Made by a program: the position numbers and the translations under genes | Assembly (NCBI RefSeq): GCF_036321535.1 | Contig: NC_087454.1 | Location: forward strand, 20,460,001-20,524,000 | Length of the DNA stretch: 64,000 nucleotides | Source: Camelus dromedarius | Lineage: Eukaryota | Direction: 5' to 3' | Notes under the pieces: generated by a model | What the model saw: the letters and a program-made list of their open reading frames with translations, nothing else | What the model was told of the DNA's origin: nothing | The model's database searches: none | Part shown: in pieces, positions 39,136 through 52,375 of the stretch | How positions within the stretch are numbered: the first letter of the stretch is position 1 | How the letters are laid out: each line of letters begins with the position of its first letter

Positions 39136-42040
39136 TCAAGGCCCTCCGGCACTGCTCTCCGCTGCCTCGGGCTCCTCCTGCTGATTCAGTTCTGCACGCT
39201 CCTCCTCTTCCTCCTCCTGGTTTTCTGGGGCCTTCCTGGGGAGGAGGATTGGGTAGAGTCCCGCACATGGTTTCTGGCGCTCCATCATTCCTCCCCCTAC
39301 ATCCCTCCTTGCTGCCTGGAAGCCCTCCGTCTGAGGTGTCTGTCTTTTCCCACTCACCTCTCCTCTCCTCTGCGTTGCCGCCTGTGCCACACAATGACCC
39401 CAATGAGCAGGGCAGCTGTCCCCAGGCCTCCCAGGATCCCCAGGGCCAGGGCTAGAGTTCCCAGCCCTGGCTCTGCCACAGAGCCTGTAGCAAGATGGGG
39501 AGAATTGAGGGCACAGCCCCCTACTCACAACTCCTTTCTCCTCGACCATCCCCTCAGTGACACTAAGGTCTGTCTGCTTCTCTTTGACTTTATCCAGCAC
39601 CTCACCTGCAGTTGGTCCCTCTTCGCCTGTTTCTAGAAAACAAAGTCAGAAGGAAAGTCTTCAGTTTGAGAGTGGGCTATTCAGTGGGAGCCCCAGTGGG
39701 GTCTTTTCCTTTCTTAGGTCAGTTCAGAGGAGAGGGGACAGGCCGGGCCGTTCTCTGGTTACAGTTTGGGTCAGGCAGAGGAGGCCTGGGTGTGGCTGCA
39801 CTGAGGGAAGTGTGGGGTGGCCCCTGGGGACCGTACCAGAATGGAGAAGGGAACTGGAGCCTGCACTGTCCCTCAGGGTCCCTGGGATTTGGAGAGAGGT
39901 CTTCTCACCAGTAATGCTGATGCTGACAGCACGGCTCTCCTGGGGCCGGTGGCTGGGATGGGTGGCCACGCAGCTGTAGGTTCCCTGGTCCTCAGGCCCG
40001 ACCTCAGGGAGGAGCAGCACAGGGCTGGCGGGGAGGGGCAGGGGCATACCCTGGCGGGGAAAGGGGGACAGGGAACAATCAAAACCCCTGTCCACACACC
40101 CCATACTCCTGCTGCTGCCTCCACATCCTCAGACACCCTCGTCTTCCCCAGCTCCCCACCTGCCTCTCTCTCCATGAGCCCTCTGCCCTCCTCCTTGCCA
40201 ATTATGTATCCCTCTACCTCCCAGTCCCCTCTCCTGGTCACTCACATCCTTGATCCAGTGGATTTGAGGCGGGGGCTGGGCAGGGGCTTCACAGGTCAGG
40301 GTCACGGTACCACCGGGAGCTACTGCTCCACCTTCTGGCTCTACCACCAGCTGGACCTCCTCCAGTGGTACAGGCTCTGGGGGTTGAGAGTCACACCTGT
40401 GTGTGGTCACAGCGACCATCCGACCATCCGTTGGCTAAACCCTTCCTTCCCTGAGGGTCATACTTCTGACATGTGCTCACCCAGGCTTGGGGCCCTCCCC
40501 ACCTCTGCTCTCACCCAAGACGCTGAGCTGGATGGGGGCCGTGTGCAGGGCTCGGCGCCGTGGAAGGCCAGGGCTGAAGCTGCAGGAGAAGGAGGGGTGG
40601 GGAGCTCCTCCCTGGGCTGGGGTCACCATCAGCTCCGAATGGAGTGTGAAAAGCCCCGTCTCAGGGTGTCTCCTGGTCTCTTCCTTCACAGACACTCCTA
40701 CAGTGGGTGGAGAACAAGGCAAGACATTCCAGGGGGGCATGGGGGAGGGGTCAAAAAGAAGGCAGCCAGGAGGGGGGAACTTGGGGCTCACCTTTGCCAT
40801 CAGGTGTCAGGGTTTTCCCATCCAAGTGCCAGCTAAGAGTCCCTGCAGGGTAGCCCCCCTCGGACACACATGTCCCCACCTGGGGAAAAAGACCTCATCA
40901 TCTTTGAAAATAAGAGAATCACAGGGGAAAGGTATAGCTCAGTGGTAAAGTGTGCACTTAGCACACACGGGGTCCTGGGTTCAATCCCCAGTGCCTCCAT
41001 TAAAGCGGAAATAAATAAACTGAATTACCTCCCCCATCCCCAAGGGAAAATAAAAAGGAAAATAAAAGAATCCATACACATAGACACAGCTACACCCCCC
41101 TCCCATCCTCAGGACCCCTTCCTATGCCTCCCCTTTTCTTCCACTACCTTACTGGGAACACCAGCCATGAGTTCGGAGGCAGGATCAACAATTTCTGGCT
41201 TCCCAGGAATCTCTGAAGGAGGGAAAATTCCAATCAGAGGTTGTTTGCAGCTTTGAAGAGTCGCACACCCCGGGTGCGGGAATAGGGGGTGCAGCTGAAT
41301 CAGGGTCTCTCGTGCCAGGGCCAAGGAGTCAAGGGCTGGGGTAGAAGGCTTTTCCTTAGATGAGAGGTGGGCCTTGAGGAAGGCCCTGGAACCTTACGGT
41401 AGACTCGGACTCGGTAGTTGGACTTGGTCTCCTTTCCATGCCGGCTCGTTGCCCGGCACCGGAAGGTCCCCTCATCCTGGATCCCAACAGCTGGCAGGAG
41501 GAGGGAGCCGTTGGGGAGGACACGGGCCACGCTATCCCAGGGCCCTCCCTGGGGAGATAAGACCTTCCAAGCTTCTGTCCGGCCTGTGTTCTGGGAAGCA
41601 GAACAAGCCCTTCAGGAAAGGACTCACAAGGCAGACAGGTGGGGAGGAGGGGATGTGAATCGTCACCCATCTCCCTGGAAATGGGGAGACTGCGACAGGA
41701 GCCCCACTTACCAGTTTCCATTCCAGCTGCTGCGGTGGTTTCTTGGGGGCCCCCTTACAGTTCAGCACCAGTGGCTTCCCAATCCGGGCTGAGATGTTTC
41801 GATCCCCTACTACTGCCCCTGGGAGACAGCACCACGATAGAGGGGCAGGAAGGGAGATGGGAGCTAGTAAGACTAGAACAGGGTGGACGAGGGAGACTGG
41901 AAAGCAGTACCCAGGTTCCCAGAAAGTTGTGGGGAGGTCTGGGGAGAGGGGCAGAGTGCTTTCTGCCTGGAGAATCAGTGTGTGGGGAGTGGCTCACCCC
42001 ACAGACCGAGGACCAGCACCCAGGCTCCAGCTGCTACCAT
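39136..42040 (-). CDS. AGER: Advanced glycation end-product receptor RAGE (V-C1-C2 Ig domains, TM, acidic tail), 401 aa
   Basis: 11 exons: 42040-41998, 41818-41712, 41590-41398, 41212-41148, 40879-40792, 40697-40515, 40376-40246, 40050-39909, 39632-39606, 39484-39358, 39235-39136 (1206 nt); LNCKGAPKKPPQQLEWKL, LPNGSLLLP, TM LALGILGGLGTAALLIGVIVW, tail RKAPENQEEEEEERAELNQ. Confidence 0.97.
40921..41057 (+). mobile_element. tRNA-Ala-derived SINE in AGER intron 4, antisense to AGER
   Basis: Head ggggaaaggtatagctcagtggtaaagtgtgcacttagcacacacggggtcctgggttcaatccccagtgcctcca; TSD gaaaataa(g/a)agaatc at 40906-40920 and 41058-41072 (14/15). Confidence 0.9.
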
Positions 42041-42580
42041 CCTGCTTCTGTCCCAGTTTCCTGGCTCTGTCTGCCCCTCGCTGCTGTGGCCACCACCCTA
42101 GGTGGGGCTTGTACCCTCTCCCCAGCCCCCATCTCTCCAGTCCTGTCCCGTCACAGGGAATGCTAGGAATTTGTGCCTCTTGGACAAGAGTCCTTCAGGT
42201 ACTAGGAGAAACAATTGTCACCCCACCCCTGGGCACTGCCAGCCTCTGGGCACAACCACATCCATGGGGGTGGGGAGTACATCTCTTTGGGTAATCCCCA
42301 GGGCCCAACGTATTCCATCAGTCCACTGAGGGCTGTCTCTTGGAGGACTGGACCCCTATCTTGACTAGGCAAGGTTGCTAGGCAGCAGGGTTCAGGACTG
42401 GCTGTTTCCTGTGGAGAGGAGGCTGGGGTGAAACCTGGGGCCTGTGTGATGAGGGCAAGGCTGGGGGACTCAGGGGGAACACTTGTTTGGGGGGCTTTAT
42501 GAGAGAAAAATATTTTTTTCTGGGGTTTCTCACGTTTTTGAAAAGAATTCTCAACTAAACCCAGGGAAAAAAGCAATTTC

Positions 42581-42586
42581 TTTATT
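42581..42586 (-). terminator. PBX2 polyadenylation signal AATAAA, ~540 bp upstream of the AGER ATG
   Basis: tttatt on plus, followed on minus by T-rich downstream sequence. Confidence 0.8.
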
Positions 42587-44135
42587 CAAAACTGCGTTTT
42601 TTGTTTTTTTGTTTTTCTGTGAAACTACAAGTTTACAAGTGAGGAGAGAACTGCCCCCGGCCCATGCCTCCCACCCCAACCCATCACACTCCCAACCTGC
42701 CCCCTAATCCTGCCCAGATCTCTGACGAGAGGGGTTCCCCACTCTTGTAAAATCCTGAGGATGTTTGAGGGGTTCAGATGGTAGGGTTCAGGGCCAAGAA
42801 TGGGACAGTGATTTTACTTTCCCCACACCTGGCTTCTTGCGGCCTCCCTCCTCTCTCCCCACCTTCTTGATTTTGGATTGAGAGAAAAAAAAAGATACCT
42901 TATTTCTGGGGAAATACACAAACACCCAACCCCATATTTAACATATTTGGCAATAACCCCCTCCCCATTCTTCCCCCTCCAATCTGCAAATAGTTAAAAA
43001 CAAATTTAAAGACGTGTCACTCACAGGGGAAGGTGGCATTTGCTCAAAATGACTGAGTCCAGCCCTGCCTAAAGATTGTGGGAAGAGAGGACAGGCTGGC
43101 AGAGCAAACCCCTGACTGACCTTGACTGCCTCCACACCAGGTGCAACAGAAAACTGCCTGCACAAGCAAAGAACACCTAAGTGACTTCACAAGCAAAGGA
43201 GAACATTCCTAAGTGATTTTAGGGGGGCAGGCTTGGTGCCCTGCTAAATGCACTTCCTGACAGACAGGACTGGAGCCAGGCAGGCCTCTTCACCAGTTCT
43301 ATTTGTTCCCCTTTCTCTTATCGTGACCCCTTTGGCTATCACCCCTAATATGGGAAAGCAATAAAAAAAAATTTATAAAAACATCTACTTCTCCAAACTA
43401 AATTAAAAATTAAGAACCATCACCACGAACAACACCCCCCCCCAAATAAAAAAAAAAATACAGATGGATCCCAGGGTTATTTTTNNNNNNNNNNNNNNNN
43501 NNNNNNNNNNNNNNNNNNNNNNNNNNNNNNNNNNNNNNNNNNNNNNNNNNNNNNNNNNNNNNNNNNNNNNNNNNNNNNNNNNNNNNNNNNNNNNNNNNNN
43601 NNNNNNNNNNNNNNNNNNNNNNNNNNNNNNNNNNNNNNNNNNNNNNNNGGGGCCGGGGGCGGGGAGGCACGGGGGGCGTGGCCCATGTCCTCTGTCCAGA
43701 AGTCGAGTCCCCATTTTTGGCATCTCTGGTCGGGCAGGGCTGGCGTCTCCACAGATCCCAGAGCAGATAAGTGGGGTGGGGGAGGGAGAGTGGGGGAGCC
43801 CAGAGAGAGAGAGACAGACAATAGTTGTATGTGTGTATGAGAGAGAGAGGAGAGAAAGATCTGAAAAATAGGATTCTATGTGTGTGTTTCTATGGGAGAG
43901 AGAAAAGAATGGAAAAAGGGGAGACAGACTCCACTCTCCCCTTAGGGGACCTTATCTTCCCTGCCATGTAGTCAGCACCCCCAGCACTGAGAGAGTCCAG
44001 CCGGGGATGGGATGACCCCGTTTGCCCTTCTCTGTCTTGTGCTTCTCCTGTGTCTGGGTTTTGTCCTCTGGATGCCTGCGTCCTCTTCAAGAGTTGCCTT
44101 GTGAGCCCCCACCCCTGTGGCCCTGAGGGGCGAGA

Positions 44136-47688
<3,553 letters not shown>

Positions 47689-48546
47689 AGTTGGGGGGGG
47701 CCCTGAGGCCCCCTCCCTGCTCCGCCCCTCCCCCCCGCCTGGTTACTCCCCCCCCCCAAACTCGCTGGGGCCGCTGCTCCCTCCGCCCCAGCCCCCGCCC
47801 GTCTCCCCACCTCCCGGCTTTCCCGGGGGTTCGCCCCGGCCCTGAAGGGAGACCTGGGGTANNNNNNNNNNNNNNNNNNNNNNNNNNNNNNNNNNNNNNN
47901 NNNNNNNNNNNNNNNNNNNNNNNNNNNNNNNNNNNNNNNNNNNNNNNNNNNNNNNNNNNNNNNNNNNNNNNNNNNNNNNNNNNNNNNNNNNNNNNNNNNN
48001 NNNNNNNNNNNNNNNNNNNNNNNNNNNNNNNNNNNNNNNNNNNNNNNNNNNNNNNNNNNNNNNNNNNNNNNNNNNNNNNNNNNNNNNNAGAGGAACTGAG
48101 ACCGAGTGGAGGAGGGGAGAGGGGACGAGGGGAGGAGACTAGCCCGTGGGGAAAATAAGGGAAGGCCCCAGGGGCTGGACTTCTGTGGCCTTGGAGGAGG
48201 GCGTATTGGGGGCTGGGGGGTGGGGGCTGCCACCTGGGTTCTCAGTCCGGGATCTAGCAGAAGTGGACTCTGGCCGCTGGAATGCCTGGGTTCACAGACA
48301 GCTTAGTTCATATTTCTTATCCTAATGACTCCCCTCCCTGTTCTACTTAATTAAAACCAGGAGAGGGGGGCTGGGGGGGATAATTAGGGAGGTCTCCAGC
48401 CGCTGCTTAATGAGCCAGTAATTAACCAGCCAGGGAGGGGAGCTGGCCTCTGGCCAGACTGGGGAGAGTGACGGCCTCTGGTCTTACCTTCCTACCCTCC
48501 ACCCCGCCATCCCAGACACCAGTCTTCAGTCCAGAGGGGAATTACA

Positions 48547-48552
48547 TTTATT
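48547..48552 (-). terminator. GPSM3 polyadenylation signal AATAAA
   Basis: tttatt ~615 nt after the GPSM3 stop, just upstream of the PBX2 promoter. Confidence 0.7.
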
Positions 48553-49166
48553 CATGTCACCAAACATCAGACAGCTCAGAACAGCAATGGGGAGGGAGGG
48601 TGGGCAGGGCTAAATGTCCATTCACAGCCTATAGGCCCCTCAGTCCTGGGGCTGGGGGGTGCCGGTGATGGAGGTGGGACAATAAGCCTTTGCTGTGCCC
48701 TCTCTTCCTTTCTTCTTACTGAGAAGGAGGGTGGAACTGTCTCTCAGGTCCAAACCTTGGGAGATTTGCCTTTTCTTGGGAGGTGGAGGCCTGAACCCTC
48801 AGATCCTGCCTGGTGTCTTGAGTATAGGGAGTGTCCCCACAACTCAAGACCAAGACTCCCAGTTCCTCCCTGAGACCAGAGGAGAGGGTGAGTTGTCCCT
48901 CTGTGGCCGGGTTCCTCTCAAGGCCTTCAGCTCCCATGTACTTGGTCACAGAGGGAGTTAAATGTCCATCCTACCTTGACTATTCCCAGGGTCTGAGGAC
49001 TTGCAACCCTCCAGCTCCCAGGAAGGGTGGATGAGGGCGATGACTACTGAGATTTCTGCTGGGTCTTCCAGTCTCTGGTGCCTCTGCCAGGCAGGGTTGA
49101 GGGCATGCAGTGGGCTGCCCAGCTTTGAGCCACAGCAGTACAGAGGGGCTGGTGGGGGCTCAAGTC

Positions 49167-50321
49167 TCAGCAGGTGTGTGTGGGGGGCTGGGACCTTTGC
49201 TCCTCCATTCGACCCCCACCCTGAACTCTCAGCAGCAACTCCAGGAGCTCCTGTCCTCCTGGGGGTAGGGGAGGCTCTGACCGCTGGGCTTCCATCCGCT
49301 GGCACTGGAGGAGTGGAGGGAAGGGAAGTTGTTGGTGAGCTTCTAAGAGGAGCAGGCCTTGAAAGGAGCCAGAGCTGGTGTGAGGGGCGTATAGGACACC
49401 TGTGATGGGGATGGGGATGAGGGGACTAGGATCTGGTGAGGGGGCAGATGCCTGGGGAGAAGGAGGGGTAGGGCCAAAGGAGAACAGGGGCCAAGAGACC
49501 AAGAAGCCTGGGCCTTGCCTCCTGGGGTGGGGGTGGGGGGCGTCTCACCTGGTGACTGAGGATGGTGCTGTAGAGCTGTTCTCTGTCCTCAAGAGGCCGG
49601 GGTGGGGCTCGGCCTAAGCTTGGGGGGTTTTGAGGGGCATGGAAGGTGGCCCTCTGCTCCTCTAGGCGGCGGGACTGGGCCTCAGCCACCAAGTCCAGAA
49701 GCAGCTCAGTCTGCAGGGAGAGCAGGGAGGCCGAGCGGGGCCCCAGGGCTGGGGAGAGGAGGGGAAGGGCTCAGGGACCCATAGAAGTTGGCAGACAGGG
49801 TGGTGGATGTGGGGGTATGATTAGGGACGTGGGGTCAGAGCTAAGGGGGTGTGATGGGGAGTCTGGAGGTGGGGAGAGAGCCCATGATGGAATGGGCCTT
49901 GGTAATGGGATCAGGAAGGATGTGGGCACCAGGGTCAGGGAGCCCCCTGGGTGAGGGGGGTACCTGTGTGGTGGGTCCCTGGAGGAGGAGGGGATGGAGG
50001 AGCAGATCGCCAAGGCCGAGTACCAGTGTTCACAGGGGGCCAGCCACGCTCATCCTGAGGGGGGCCCTGATGCTGAGAGACATCCGTTCCAGTCAAGCAG
50101 GGGTGGGGTGCGCAGAGGACTAGGCCAGCAGCCCATTTCCTCTCTTGGTGTCTCTGTTCCTGCCTCAGTGTGCCCAAGCCCGTCCAAGTCGCCTGAGTCC
50201 ACCATTACTCAGTCTCTGCCTCAGGTCTTCTCACCTCCCTCTCCCAGTGTCAGCCTCCCAGACCCGGTGCCCAGCTCACCTGCTCATCATCCTCTTCTTC
50301 CTGGGGTCTCTCAGCCTCCAT
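49167..50321 (-). CDS. GPSM3: G-protein signalling modulator 3 (AGS4/G18, GoLoco motifs), 160 aa
   Basis: Exons 50321-50280, 50066-49964, 49748-49549, 49304-49167 (483 nt); GoLoco cores LLDLVAEAQSRRLEEQR, LYSTILSHQCQRMEAQR, LLELLLRVQGGGRMEEQR. Confidence 0.97.
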
Positions 50322-51792
50322 CCCCTAGAGGGGAGAAACTGGTGGGGGAGGAGTAGCTCTGATTTGGGAGGAGGGCCGGAACCCTGAGTTCCTGAGGGGA
50401 GTAGGGGCTGAAAGGGGTGGGGGTGAGCCGGGGGCTGGATGTCTGGGTACTGAGCAGGAAGCTGGGTTCCTGGTCAGCCCCCCCACGGGCCCCGCCCATC
50501 TCTGTCAACTTCCTCCAGTTCTCTTTTCCCACCCAAACTGCATGCTTGACCTCTCTCGCCCCAGGGGAACAGAGACTGGGAAAAGCTCCTCCAGCTGCAG
50601 TAGTGATGGGGGTGTCAGGGAGGGGAAGGACTTTGGCTTTCTCATCTCCAGATCCTCAGTAGTCCCCCAACCCCCGGCTCTGTTCCTTCCACCCCCCTCC
50701 TACCCTTCAGTTCTGTCAACACAGGAACTAGCTACAAAGGAAGTGGTTTCACTCCTCAGAAACCCCCCTCACCCCCTTGCCCCAGGTACCTTCCCCAAGA
50801 AGGACCCTCCCCCTGCTTCTCAGCTTCCCTCAGACTTACTGGGACTGGGAGAGGCATGGTTCTGGTGGGAAGCAGGACTTAGATCCAGGGATGCCAGGGC
50901 CTGAAACATGTATACATACACCCCTAGCACTGTGTCTAATAACTGTGTTGAATAGTAATAACTGCCTTATAGGTGCTTACAGTCTATTCAGGGGACAAGA
51001 TATGCACCAAATGTAAGAGACAAGGGGCAGGGGAAGCTTTCCTCTAGTTATGAAATGGAAAAGAGAGAGGACCACAACCTGGCTTGGTCTTTGATCCACG
51101 TTGGTCAGGCTGGCTGGCACCAAGGTGGGAAGAGGACAGAGACATTTTGGACCTCTAAATGGCTGTCATGTTAGCTCAGTGACTTTGAACGTAAAATATG
51201 ATAGAGAGATCAGGTTCTGCCACTTAATGCTTTGCAATTTGGGGCAAGTGAAACCTCTGCCTCAGTTTCTGAGAGTAAAAGGGAGGTCTTATAAAATTAT
51301 TTTTTATAGTGTTGATGTAAGGATTAAGTGTGATATTAAGCATTTGGCACATAGTGAATGCTCCAGCAATGGTAGTTATTAGCTTTCAAAATACTTCATG
51401 CCTCCATGTCTCAGGTCCATTGCTATGAAAGAGGTATAACCAAGTTGCTGAATGGAGGATAAAGTTGGAGATGCTTTCTCCATCTCCCTCTACTTGAGAT
51501 CTCAGGAATCTCCTAAGTGGCTATAACTAAATGCCCTTGCAAGAGGAACAAAGGGTAGGCCTGGTTTAGTGTGTGAGTCGTTTCTCCCTGAGCTACTAGA
51601 GACTTTCACCTTTTGATACCCTAAATTAACACAGGACCCCCAAGTCTACTTATTCTTGCTCTTAACACTATGCTCAAAGCTTCCATCCAAATGTTGAACC
51701 TAGGGCACAAAATTCTGAAAACACTGTGCAGTTAATCCCATATTTTTTCCACTTCCCAACCCCTCCAAAAAAAGGTAACACTTCAAGTCAGC

Positions 51793-51798
51793 TTTATT
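51793..51798 (-). terminator. NOTCH4 polyadenylation signal AATAAA
   Basis: Minus-strand cataataaagctgacttgaagtgtt matches the recalled NOTCH4 3' end; the 3' UTR contains an L2 fragment at ~51900-51990. Confidence 0.8.
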
Positions 51799-52375
51799 AT
51801 GGGTTGACACATGTGGGGTTCTTAAATAGAGTGGTGGCTATAAGAGTGGCACTTCATGCCTGCAGTGGTTTGTTTGGGGGTGGGGGAAGGTGGAGAGAAT
51901 GCAAGGAGTCATCAGCTGGAGTGACCCTTGGCCCTCCCTTCAGCACCTGCACAGTGTCTGGCACACAGTAGGTGCTCAATAAATATTTGTCAGCCCTTTG
52001 TGAGTGGTCGGGGTTACAGGCGATGGGGCTCTCCCTGGGAACCATATATAGGAAAGGACATCTTACATCCTGTTTGCAGTTTTGGTTCCAGTTCAGGGGT
52101 ACTTCTCCCATTCCACTCCATCCTCCTGTAACCTCTCACCCTTATTTTCTGGGAGAGAGGATGGGCCTGCTTCATCCCAGCACCCTAAACTCCTTTTCCA
52201 GGGCTGCAGTTTCTCCACGTGTAAGACGATGTGGCATACACTCACTTTGGGAGGGACACTACACTCATAATCCCTCAAGTTTGGGGCTCAAGGATCTTAA
52301 AATCTGGAGACCTTCCAGACTGCCTGTCATTTAATGAGTACTCACTTTTAGAATCCCTCCCTGCCATGTAGCCTT

